Positions 9,374 through 18,102 of a DNA stretch of 64,000 nt are shown in pieces. The DNA comes from Microcella sp. (GTDB lineage: Bacteria > Actinomycetota > Actinomycetes > Actinomycetales > Microbacteriaceae). Made by a program: the position numbers and the translations under genes. Under the pieces are notes generated by a model, which did not search any database, was not told where the DNA came from, and saw only the letters and a list, made by a program, of their open reading frames with translations. Position 1 is the first letter of the stretch, and each line of letters starts with the position of its first letter. Location: contig NZ_JBKBPI010000011.1 of NCBI RefSeq assembly GCF_046293215.1, positions 1,811 through 65,810 on the forward strand, written 5' to 3'.

Positions 9374-10375
9374 ATGGCCACCGACGCCCGCCACGCCCTC
9401 GATCCGGCACTCGTCGACTGGATGCTCGCCACCGACCCTGCACTCGCCTGGCAGGTCGAGCGCGACCTGCTCGGCGCGCCCGACGACACGTGGCAGGCAA
9501 CGCGGGCGCGGGTCGCGACCGATGGGCTGGGGGCGCGGATGCTCGCCCACCAAGACCCCGACGGCCAGTGGGCGGGTGGCGCCTACTTTCCGGGCGGCTT
9601 CGACTTTCACGGCCCCGAGGCCGCGCCCGGCGCGGGTCAGCCCTGGACCGCCACGACGTGGTCGCTGAACACCCTGCGCGAGTGGGGTCTCGACGCGTCG
9701 GCGCTCGCCGGCACGGCCGAGAAGCTCGACGCGAACAGTCGGTGGGAGTACGACGACCTGCCCTACTGGGGTGGCGAGGTTGACGCGTGCATCAACGGCT
9801 TTACGCTCGCCAACGGCGCCTGGCTCGGCGCCGAGGTGTCGGGCATCGCGGACTGGTTCGCCGAGCACCAGCTTGATGACGGCGGCTGGAACTGCGAGTG
9901 GGTCGAGGGCTCGACGCGCTCCAGCTTTCACTCGACCCTGAACGCGCTGAAGGGCATTCTCGACTGGGAGATCCGCACCGGCGACGACCGCTTGCGCGAG
10001 GTGCGGCACCGCGGTGAGCAGTATCTGCTGACGCGGCGCCTGCTGTACCGCGCCTCGACGGGCGAGAAAGTGGGCCCCTGGGTGGACCTCTTCGGCTATC
10101 CGTTCCGGCACGTGTACACGGCGCTCAATGCGCTCGACTACCTGCGCCGGGCATTCCTGCATGACGGCGTTCCACCCGATGAGCGCGCCGCCGACGCGGT
10201 CGCGATCGTGCGCGATGCCCGCCAGGGCGACGGCACGTGGCTGCAGGGCAGGCGCTATGCGGGCGCCGTGTGGTTCGAGATCGACGTGCCCGTCGGCGAG
10301 CCGTCGCCGTGGCTGACGTTCTTCGCGACGCGGGTGCTCGACTGGTGGGCGGCGGCCGACCCCGCAGCCCGGTGA
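9374..10375 (+). CDS. prenyltransferase/squalene-oxidase-repeat (alpha/alpha-toroid) protein
   Basis: 333 aa with repeated QW-like motifs (HQDPDGQWAGG, HQLDDGGWNCEW, ARQGDGTWLQG). Confidence 0.6.
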   Translation: MATDARHALDPALVDWMLATDPALAWQVERDLLGAPDDTWQATRARVATDGLGARMLAHQDPDGQWAGGAYFPGGFDFHGPEAAPGAGQPWTATTWSLNTLREWGLDASALAGTAEKLDANSRWEYDDLPYWGGEVDACINGFTLANGAWLGAEVSGIADWFAEHQLDDGGWNCEWVEGSTRSSFHSTLNALKGILDWEIRTGDDRLREVRHRGEQYLLTRRLLYRASTGEKVGPWVDLFGYPFRHVYTALNALDYLRRAFLHDGVPPDERAADAVAIVRDARQGDGTWLQGRRYAGAVWFEIDVPVGEPSPWLTFFATRVLDWWAAADPAAR

Positions 10376-10413
10376 ACTCCTGACAGTTCCTGCCACGCGG
10401 CGTCGCGTCCGGG

Positions 10414-10456
10414 TAGTCTGACGGAAACGCTCAGGAACGGCCACCCGATAGTCTGA
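10414..10456 (+). promoter_or_regulatory. direct repeat TAGTCTGA(C/T)G x2, 35 nt apart, in the ATPase leader
   Basis: TAGTCTGA at 10414-10421 and 10449-10456. They lie in the only AT-rich stretch upstream of the ATPase start. Confidence 0.3.
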
Positions 10457-10516
10457 TGATTCATTTGCAGGAAAAGTTTTGCCTGTTTTCAGTGTGCTCG
10501 ACCCGATCGGAGCCCC

Positions 10517-13246
10517 ATGTCGAACGCTTCGGACACCACGTTTCGCGCCCCCGCGGCCGTGCACGCCGCCAGCGTTGACGAGACCTTCGCCGCCCTCGAC
10601 GTCACGCCCGACGGGCTGAGCGCCGACGAGGCTGCCCGCCGACTTCAGACGGTTGGCCCGAACCGTCTGCCCGAGAAGGCTCCCGACCCGGCGTGGAAGC
10701 GCCTTCTGAGGCACTTCAACGACGTGCTCATCTACGTGCTCCTTGCGGCCGCCGTGCTGAAGACATTCCTGCTCGATTGGGTCGACGTGGGTGTAATCCT
10801 CGCGGTCGCCATCATCAACGCGCTCATCGGCTTCATTCAGGAGGGTAGGGCTCAGCGCGCCCTAGACGGCCTGCGCAGCATGCTGTCGGTGCGCGCTCAG
10901 GTGCGCCGCGACGGCGAATGGGTCGGGACGAACGCCGAGAACCTCGTGCCCGGCGACGTGGTGCGTGTGAAGTCGGGTGACCGCATCCCGGCCGACATTC
11001 GCATCACTCACTCCACCGAGCTGCGCGCCGAAGAGGCGGGTCTGACGGGCGAGTCCGAGCCCGTCACGAAGAGCGCCGACCCGGTCGACGAAGTCTCGGG
11101 CATCGGTGACCGCACGTCGATCGGCCACTCCGGCAGCCTCGTCGTCAGCGGCCGAGGCACCGGTGTCGTCGTCGCGACCGGCGCCGAGACCGAGATCGGC
11201 CGCATCAGCACGATGATCGAGTCGGTCGAGCAACTGTCGACCCCGCTTGAGCGCAAGATTCACCGCTTCAGCATTCTGCTGGCGCGCATCATCCTGACCG
11301 TTGCGGTGCTGCTGGTCGTGTTCGGCTTTGCGGTGCACGATTACCCCGTGCCCTTGCTGCTGACCGTCGCAGTGGCTTTCGCGGTAGCTGCGATCCCCGA
11401 GGGCCTCCCCGCCATCGTGACCATCACGCTCTCGTTGGGCGTGCAGGCGATGGCTCGCCGCAACGCGATCACCCGGCGGCTCACGTCCGTCGAAACACTC
11501 GGATCCGTCACTGTCATCTGCTCGGACAAGACGGGCACGCTCACGAAGAACGAGATGACCGTCGAACGCGTGGTGACATCCGAGGCCACCTACGACGTTG
11601 ACGGAACGGGATACGACCCGAGCGGAGGCATCCGCCGCGATGGCGCTGAGGTCGACGTCACCAGCGAGGATGCTCTGCGCCGGCTGATCACGATCATGGC
11701 CGTCGCGAACGACTCGGGCCTCAGAGAGAAGGACGGCGCGTGGTCGATCGTCGGCGAGCCGACCGAGGGCGCGCTCATCACGCTCGCGCACAAGGCGCAG
11801 GCCGTTCCCGAGGAGTTCGAGCGCCTCGCAGCCGTTCCCTTCGAGTCAGAACACAAGCTGATGGCGACCCTCGACCGCGGCCCCGACGGCGACGTGACGG
11901 TGCACGTGAAGGGGGCGCCTGATCGGGTGCTCGACCGCTGCGTCGCGCAGCTCGGGGCGAACGGCGACACTGAGCCGCTCGACGCCGACTTCTGGCGCGA
12001 CCGCATCGCCGAGCTCAGCGCTGGCGGCCTGCGGGTGCTGGCCGCAGCGCAGCGTGCCGCCGAACCAGACACGAGCGACCTCGCGCTTGAGCACCTCGAC
12101 GACGACCTCGTCTTTGTCGGCGTCGTCGGCATCCTCGATCCGCCTCGCCCCGAGGCGATTGAGGCGATCGACGACGCGAAGCGAGCCGGAATCCGCGTGA
12201 AGATGATCACGGGTGACCACGCGGGAACGGCGACGGCCATCGGCCGCCAGATGGGCATCATCGACCCCGACGACGACCACGCCGACGAGGCCATCACCGG
12301 TGCCGAACTCGACGCCGCCAGCGACGAAGAGCTGCGCGACATCGTGCAGCGCTACGACACGTTCGCCCGGGTGAGCCCCGAGCACAAGCTGCGCATCGTC
12401 GAGGCGCTCCAGGCGCACAACGAGGTCGTCGCCATGACCGGCGACGGCATCAACGACGCGCCCGCACTGCGCCGCGCAGACGTTGGCGTGGCCATGGGCA
12501 TCAAGGGCACCGAGGCGACCAAGGAAGCCGCCGAGATCGTGCTCGCCGACGACAACTTCGCCACGATTGCGCGCGCGGTCGAGGAGGGCCGGCGCACCTT
12601 CGACAACATCGTGAAGTCGGTTGTGTTCCTGCTGCCGACGAACGGCGCGCAGTCGCTCGTGCTGCTGGTCGCCGTGCTGCTCGGCCTGTCGATCCCGCTC
12701 GCCCCGGTGCAGATCCTGTGGGTCAACCTCATCGCGGCCGTCACCCTGTCACTCGCCCTCGCGTTCGAACCGGCCGAGGCCGACGTCATGAAGCGCGCAC
12801 CGCGCATCCCGGACCGCCCGATTGTCGGCGCGGCCCACCTGATCCAGATCGCACTCGCCTCGCTGCTCATCGGCGGGGGAACGCTCGCCATGTACTACCT
12901 GGCGCGCGGCCAGGGCGTCGACGACCCGCAGGCGCAGAGCCTCGCCGTGACCACCCTCGCGGTCGCGCAGATCGGCTACCTGCTGACCTGCCGCAACCTG
13001 CGGGGGGCCACGGTGTCGCCGGCCCAGTGGTTCTCGAACCCCATCGTGTGGCTGTCGATCGGCGGACTGCTCGTGCTGCAGGCGCTGTTCGTGTATGCGC
13101 CGTTCATGAACACCCTGTTCGGCTCTGCCCCCCTACCCGCCAGATCGTGGGCGTTCGCGTTCGCGATCGCGGCCGCCGTGTACGTCGCCATCGAGGTGAC
13201 GAAGGCGATCACGCGCCGACTCATGCCCGAGGCGGCGCCGCGATGA
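10517..13246 (+). CDS. cation-translocating P2-type ATPase
   Basis: 909 aa. CSDKTGTLT phosphorylation motif, TGES, AIPEGLP (TM4), MITGD and TGDGINDAP. Confidence 0.95.
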   Translation: MSNASDTTFRAPAAVHAASVDETFAALDVTPDGLSADEAARRLQTVGPNRLPEKAPDPAWKRLLRHFNDVLIYVLLAAAVLKTFLLDWVDVGVILAVAIINALIGFIQEGRAQRALDGLRSMLSVRAQVRRDGEWVGTNAENLVPGDVVRVKSGDRIPADIRITHSTELRAEEAGLTGESEPVTKSADPVDEVSGIGDRTSIGHSGSLVVSGRGTGVVVATGAETEIGRISTMIESVEQLSTPLERKIHRFSILLARIILTVAVLLVVFGFAVHDYPVPLLLTVAVAFAVAAIPEGLPAIVTITLSLGVQAMARRNAITRRLTSVETLGSVTVICSDKTGTLTKNEMTVERVVTSEATYDVDGTGYDPSGGIRRDGAEVDVTSEDALRRLITIMAVANDSGLREKDGAWSIVGEPTEGALITLAHKAQAVPEEFERLAAVPFESEHKLMATLDRGPDGDVTVHVKGAPDRVLDRCVAQLGANGDTEPLDADFWRDRIAELSAGGLRVLAAAQRAAEPDTSDLALEHLDDDLVFVGVVGILDPPRPEAIEAIDDAKRAGIRVKMITGDHAGTATAIGRQMGIIDPDDDHADEAITGAELDAASDEELRDIVQRYDTFARVSPEHKLRIVEALQAHNEVVAMTGDGINDAPALRRADVGVAMGIKGTEATKEAAEIVLADDNFATIARAVEEGRRTFDNIVKSVVFLLPTNGAQSLVLLVAVLLGLSIPLAPVQILWVNLIAAVTLSLALAFEPAEADVMKRAPRIPDRPIVGAAHLIQIALASLLIGGGTLAMYYLARGQGVDDPQAQSLAVTTLAVAQIGYLLTCRNLRGATVSPAQWFSNPIVWLSIGGLLVLQALFVYAPFMNTLFGSAPLPARSWAFAFAIAAAVYVAIEVTKAITRRLMPEAAPR

Positions 13247-13256
13247 CGGACACCCT

Positions 13257-13520
13257 GTGAGCGCCGCGGTCAGTGTCGCCCTGATCGTGGCGGCCTTCGC
13301 CCTGTTTGCCTGCATCCTGGCGGGGCTGTGGCGCGCCGTTGCGGGCCCGACGATCGAAGACCGGCTCACCGCGTTCGTGCTGTTGGGCGCGGGCGGTGCC
13401 GCCCTGTTCATCGTGCTCGCGGCGATCGCCGACCTGCCGGCCCTGCGTGACATCGCGATCGTCGTCGTCGGCCTGGCCACCATCGTCGCGGTCGTGTTCA
13501 CTCGGCGGTCGGTGCGCTGA
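13257..13520 (+). CDS. mrpF: Mrp/Mnh antiporter subunit F-like
   Basis: 87 aa, 3 TM. RAVAGPTIEDRLTAF matches the MrpF GPxxxDR motif. Confidence 0.8.
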   Translation: MSAAVSVALIVAAFALFACILAGLWRAVAGPTIEDRLTAFVLLGAGGAALFIVLAAIADLPALRDIAIVVVGLATIVAVVFTRRSVR

Positions 13521-13843
13521 TGGTCATCGTCGACGTGCTCGTCATCACCCTGCTCGCGGCGGGTGTCTTCTTCGTTGTCGCGGGCACGGTGGGGCTGCTG
13601 CGCTTCCCCGACCTCGCGAGCCGCTTGCACGCGGTGTCGAAGGCCGACGTCCTCGGCCTCGGACTCATCGCCACCGCGCTCGCCCTGCACCTTCTCATCA
13701 CCGAACCGGGATGGGCAGCGGTCGGCGTGGTGGCGAAGCTGGCCCTCATCTGGATTCTCGCCCTCATCGGCACCGCCGCGAACGCCTACCTCATGGCGGG
13801 CAGCAGGCGGCGGGCCGAGGTAGAGACGGAGGAGGAGCCGTGA
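13520..13843 (+). CDS. mrpG: Mrp/Mnh antiporter subunit G-like
   Basis: 107 aa. GTVGLLRFPDLASRLHAVSKADVLGLG is the MnhG signature. ATGA overlap with the previous gene. Confidence 0.85.
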   Translation: MVIVDVLVITLLAAGVFFVVAGTVGLLRFPDLASRLHAVSKADVLGLGLIATALALHLLITEPGWAAVGVVAKLALIWILALIGTAANAYLMAGSRRRAEVETEEEP

Positions 13844-14820
13844 CGGTCATCGCCTTCTCCGACGTCGACGTGCTCGACGTGCTCGTCGTGGCGGCCGTCG
13901 CCGTCACCGCGATACTCGCCATCGCGATTCCTCGCCGGGTCGGCGCGACCATCGCCTTCCTCGTCTTCGGCCTGCTGCTCGCGCTGCTGTGGGCACGTGT
14001 CGCCGCGCCCGACGTGGCGATCGCCGAGGCGGCGCTCGGCGGTGGGGTGGCGGGGGCGCTGCTGGTCGATGCACTTCACCGGCGACAGCCCGCGCAGCCG
14101 AAGCGCGACCATCGTCGCGCGGTGGCGATCACGGCGGTCGGCGCCGCGCTCGGTGCGGTGACGTTCGCCGCCCTGGCGACCGTGCTGTCGCGTCTCACGG
14201 CGGAGCCCGCCGACCTCGGGCCGCTCGCCCTGGAGGCCGTCGAGCGCAGCGGCGTGAGCCACCCCATCACCGCGGTGCTGTTGAACTTCCGCAACCTCGA
14301 CACGCTGCTCGAGATCGCGGTCGTCGTGTTCGCCGCGGTGGGTGCTGCGGCGCTGTCGCGTGACCGCATCCGCACCGTGACCGACCCGGGCCCGGTACGG
14401 CGCGTCATCGCCGTCATCATCGTGCCGGCTCTCGTGCTGCTCGCCGCCTGGCTGCTCGTGGCCGGAACCAGTGAGCCCGGCGGAGCCTTCCAGGCCGGTG
14501 CCGTGCTCGGTGCCGCGCTCATCATCGCCCACCTGTGCGGGGTGCGCGCCGCCCGCGCGGCCGGAGGGCGCGCGCTCGTGCTCGTCGTGGCGGGCCTGCT
14601 GGCGTTCATCCTGCTCGGCGGCATCGGGCTCGCGGTGACGGGAACGTGGCTCGCGCTCGACCTCAGCTGGGCGTTCGCGGCCATTCTCTCCATCGAGACC
14701 GTGCTCACCGTCAGCATCGGGGTCGCGCTCGCCATGCTCTTCCTGGCCGCCGGCTCGCGCGACGATGCGGCGGCCGCCGACAGCGCGGCAGCCGCCCCAG
14801 CCCTGGGGGGTGCCGCGTGA
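13840..14820 (+). CDS. mrpB: MrpA-C-terminal (DUF4040-like) + MnhB-domain fusion subunit
   Basis: GTG at 13840 (GTGA overlap). 326 aa, polytopic. ITAVLLNFRNLDTLLEI is the MnhB-type motif. The upstream part of track ORF 13306.. is an out-of-context extension. Confidence 0.75.
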   Translation: MTVIAFSDVDVLDVLVVAAVAVTAILAIAIPRRVGATIAFLVFGLLLALLWARVAAPDVAIAEAALGGGVAGALLVDALHRRQPAQPKRDHRRAVAITAVGAALGAVTFAALATVLSRLTAEPADLGPLALEAVERSGVSHPITAVLLNFRNLDTLLEIAVVVFAAVGAAALSRDRIRTVTDPGPVRRVIAVIIVPALVLLAAWLLVAGTSEPGGAFQAGAVLGAALIIAHLCGVRAARAAGGRALVLVVAGLLAFILLGGIGLAVTGTWLALDLSWAFAAILSIETVLTVSIGVALAMLFLAAGSRDDAAAADSAAAAPALGGAA

Positions 14821-15113
14821 CCACCCTGCAGCTGTTTATGTATGCCGGTGCGTTCATCCTCGTGGTGGGGGTTGCCGCGACCCTGCTGGTACGCGACCTG
14901 ATTCGCCGCCTGATCGCCCTCAACGTCGCCTCTGGGGGCGTCATGCTGCTGTTGTTGGCGCTCGCCGATCGCGGCGACGGCGAGCCCGACCCCGTGCCGC
15001 AAGCCCTCGTGCTCACGGGCATCGTCGTCATGGCGGCCGTCACGGGCATCGCCATCGTGCTGGCGCGACGGGTCGAGCAGCTCGACGACGACCTCGAGGA
15101 GGTCGAGCAGTGA
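14817..15113 (+). CDS. mrpC: Mrp/Mnh antiporter subunit C-like (NuoK-like)
   Basis: GTG at 14817 (GTGA overlap). 98 aa, 3 TM. Confidence 0.8.
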   Translation: MTTLQLFMYAGAFILVVGVAATLLVRDLIRRLIALNVASGGVMLLLLALADRGDGEPDPVPQALVLTGIVVMAAVTGIAIVLARRVEQLDDDLEEVEQ

Positions 15114-16570
15114 TGTCGGCCGCAGCCCTCGTGCTCGCGCCCGTCTTTCTGCCCCTCGCGGTCGGCGCGCTGTCGGCCGTGCTGCCTCGGCGAGCGGCGG
15201 CGACGCTGACGGTCATCGCGGCCGCCGCCACGCTGATGGTCGCCGTGTTGCTGGGCATCGCCGTGCTCGACGCGGGCCCCGTGCGGCTGGAGGTGGCTGG
15301 CTGGGCGCCGCCCGTCGGAATCCTTCTCGCCGCGGACGGGCTCTCGGTCGTCATGATCGGCCTGTCGGCAATCGCGGTGCTGGCTGCTGCGCTCGTTGCC
15401 GCCGCCGACGACCACTTCGGGGGAGGGCACGCGTTCTGGCCGCTCGTTGGTGCGGCGGCCGCGGCCGTCAACGGCGTCTTTGTCGCGCGCGACGTGTTCA
15501 CCGCCTTCGTGCTGTTGGAGCTGTTGACCATCGCATCCGTCGCGCTTGTCGCCCTGGGGGGAGCGCGATCGGCCGCAGCCGCCCTGCGCTACCTCTTCGT
15601 TGCCGTGACCGGCTCGCTGTTCTTCTTGCTCGCGGTCGCCCTCACGTACGGACACACCGGCACCGTTGACCTGGCGCGGGCCGCCGAGCGCGCCGACGAC
15701 ACCGTGATCGTCGGGGCGATCATCGCCCTCACCGTGGTCGGCATGGCCGCGAAGACGGCGCTGTTCCCGTTGCACTCGTGGCTGCCGGCCGCCCATCCCG
15801 CTGCCCCGACGGCGGTCAGTGCCCTGCTCTCGGCGCTTGTGATCAAGGCCTCGATCGTGATTCTTTGGCGCATCGTCGAGTACTTCGGCCCGCTCACCGA
15901 CCTCGCCGCGCCGCTCGCGACCGCCGTGGGCGTCGCGGGCGCCGCCGCCGTGCTGTGGGGCGGGGTGCTCGCGCTGCGACGCGACCGCCTGAAGTCGATC
16001 ATCGCCTATTCAACGGTCGCCCAAGTCGGGTACATGGTGCTGCTGGTGCCGCTCGTGTTCACCGCGAGCGACCCGCAGGTGGCCTGGATCGGCGGCATTC
16101 TGATCACTCTGGCTCACGGCGTCGCGAAGGCCGCCATGTTCCTCGCCGCCGGAGCGCTCGCTACCGCGGCCGGCACGAGTCGGCTCGACGGGCTCGAGGG
16201 CACGATCAGCCGCATGCCGTGGACGGTCGCCGCGATTGGGCTCGCCGGCGTCAGCCTCGCGGGGCTTCCGCCCACGCTCGGCTTCGTCGGCAAATGGATG
16301 CTCGTGCAGGCCTCGCTCGACGCGGGCGCCTGGTGGTGGCTGGCCCTGCTACTCGGCGGCGGGCTGCTGACTTTCGCCTACACGGCGCGCATGCTGCGAG
16401 CCACCTTCAACCCGCCCGGCGACTTCTCGGGCGCCCGCGAGCTCACCCGGCCCGCGCGCACCGTGGCCATCGTGCCGCTGGCGCTCGCCGCCCTCTCGGT
16501 GGTGCTCGGTCTCATTCCGTGGCTGCTCATTGATGTTCTGAGTGCTGCGCCGATGGGGGGTGGCGCATGA
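15113..16570 (+). CDS. mrpD: Mrp subunit D-like, proton-conducting antiporter-like subunit (NuoM/N family), copy 1
   Basis: 485 aa. KTALFPLHSWLPAAHPAAPTAVSALLSALVIKA is the core motif. ATG 15113 (or GTG 15110) abuts the mrpC stop. Confidence 0.85.
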   Translation: MSAAALVLAPVFLPLAVGALSAVLPRRAAATLTVIAAAATLMVAVLLGIAVLDAGPVRLEVAGWAPPVGILLAADGLSVVMIGLSAIAVLAAALVAAADDHFGGGHAFWPLVGAAAAAVNGVFVARDVFTAFVLLELLTIASVALVALGGARSAAAALRYLFVAVTGSLFFLLAVALTYGHTGTVDLARAAERADDTVIVGAIIALTVVGMAAKTALFPLHSWLPAAHPAAPTAVSALLSALVIKASIVILWRIVEYFGPLTDLAAPLATAVGVAGAAAVLWGGVLALRRDRLKSIIAYSTVAQVGYMVLLVPLVFTASDPQVAWIGGILITLAHGVAKAAMFLAAGALATAAGTSRLDGLEGTISRMPWTVAAIGLAGVSLAGLPPTLGFVGKWMLVQASLDAGAWWWLALLLGGGLLTFAYTARMLRATFNPPGDFSGARELTRPARTVAIVPLALAALSVVLGLIPWLLIDVLSAAPMGGGA

Positions 16571-18102
16571 ACGATGACACGGTCACCGTGATGAGCGCGC
16601 TGCCGGTTGTGCTTCTGCTGACGTCGCTCGTGCCGGCGCTGCTGATCTTTGCGCTGCGCGAGAAGCAGACGGTGCTGCGCACCACCCTGAACCTCGCTGG
16701 AGCGATCGCGAAGGTCTTGCTCGTGATCGTGCTGATCCCGCGCGTCGTGGCGGGCGAGGAGCTGCGCGCCGAGTTCACGTGGATTCCCGGGCTCGACATC
16801 GTCTTCGTGACCGACACGTTCTCGCTGTTCTTCGTCGCGCTCTCGGCGGGCCTGTGGTTGGCGACGACGATCTACGCCGTCGGCTACCTGGAGGGCTCAC
16901 CCAACCGCAGCCGGTTCTTCGGCTTCTTCAGCCTGTGCGTCACGGCCACGGTCGGTATCGCCCTGGCCGGCAACCTGCTCACCTTCCTGATTTTCTTCGA
17001 GCTGTTGACGCTCGTCACGTACCCGCTGGTGGCTCACCGCGGAACGCGGGCGGCACTGCGCGGTGCCCGCATCTACCTCGCGTACACGCTCGGCGGCGGC
17101 GTCGCCCTGCTGCTCGGCGTCGCCTGGCTGACCGTCGAGGTCGGGCCGGTCGAGTTCCGTGCCGGCGGTATCCCCGAGGTGGCGGAATTCGCCGCCCGTG
17201 ACCCGCTCACGGCGACGGTAATCGGCGCAGTGTTGTTGCTCGGCGTCGGCGTGAAGGCCGCGTTGTTCCCGCTGCACGGCTGGCTGCCGATTGCCATGGT
17301 GGCCCCAGCGCCGGTGAGCGCCCTGCTGCACGCGGTGGCCGTGGTGAAGGCTGGCGCCTTCGGAATCATCCGCATCGTCGAGGACGTTTTCGGCCTGGCC
17401 CTGTTCGCCGAGCTCGGGATGCTGCAGGCGCTCGCCGTCGTCGCCTCCGTCACGATCGTCTACGGGTCCGTCCGCGCGCTCGCGCAGGACGACTTGAAGA
17501 AGCGCCTCGCATATTCGACGGTGTCGCAGGTGTCGTACATCGCGCTCGGCGCGGCGCTGCTGTCGCCGATCGCCACCGCCGGGGCGATCGTGCACATGGT
17601 CAACCAGGGCTTCATGAAGATCACGCTGTTCTTCTGCGCCGGCCTGTTCGCCGAAGAGCTCAAGCTGTCAAAGGTCAGCCAGCTCGCCGGGGTCGGCCGA
17701 CGGATGCCCGTCACGAGCGCCGCTTTCACCATCGCCGCGCTCGGCATGATCGGGCTGCCGCCGTTCGCCGGCTTCATCTCGAAGTGGGCGCTCGGGCTCG
17801 GTGGGCTCGACGCGGGCCAGCCGTGGGTGATCGCCGTGCTGCTGACCAGCACGGTGTTGAATGCCGCCTACTTCCTGCCGATCATCGCGACCATCTGGAC
17901 GTCGCCGCGATCAGAGTCGGAGGGCAGCGATGAGGGCACGTTCCCGGTACCCGCCCGGCGTTCGGGCTGGGAGGCGCCCGCGAGCCTCCTGCTGCCCGCG
18001 GTCGCGACCGCGCTCTTCGTCATCCTGTTTGGCGTCGCCGCCGGCTGGGGCTACTCGCCCTGGGTTCTCGCGCAGATCGTGGGGGAGGGAGCATGGCCGT
18101 GA
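16567..18102 (+). CDS. proton-conducting antiporter-like subunit (NuoM/N/MrpD family), copy 2
   Basis: 511 aa. KAALFPLHGWLPIAMVAPAPVSALLHAVAVVKAG motif. ATGA overlap. Confidence 0.85.
   Translation: MNDDTVTVMSALPVVLLLTSLVPALLIFALREKQTVLRTTLNLAGAIAKVLLVIVLIPRVVAGEELRAEFTWIPGLDIVFVTDTFSLFFVALSAGLWLATTIYAVGYLEGSPNRSRFFGFFSLCVTATVGIALAGNLLTFLIFFELLTLVTYPLVAHRGTRAALRGARIYLAYTLGGGVALLLGVAWLTVEVGPVEFRAGGIPEVAEFAARDPLTATVIGAVLLLGVGVKAALFPLHGWLPIAMVAPAPVSALLHAVAVVKAGAFGIIRIVEDVFGLALFAELGMLQALAVVASVTIVYGSVRALAQDDLKKRLAYSTVSQVSYIALGAALLSPIATAGAIVHMVNQGFMKITLFFCAGLFAEELKLSKVSQLAGVGRRMPVTSAAFTIAALGMIGLPPFAGFISKWALGLGGLDAGQPWVIAVLLTSTVLNAAYFLPIIATIWTSPRSESEGSDEGTFPVPARRSGWEAPASLLLPAVATALFVILFGVAAGWGYSPWVLAQIVGEGAWP

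Noticed and set aside
7982-10375. Genomic island integrated at the tRNA-Ala 3' end
   Set aside because: There is no integrase or recombinase gene. I did not notice a repeat of the tRNA 3' end, and the downstream genes have native-looking composition.
13306-13839. N-terminal 178 codons of track ORF 13306..14820. Likewise 14535..14816 and 14765..15112 for the next two ORFs.
   Set aside because: These extensions overlap mrpF/mrpG/mrpB in other frames and are Arg/Pro-rich. Internal GTG/ATG starts with 1-4 nt stop-start overlaps give the expected Mrp subunit sizes.
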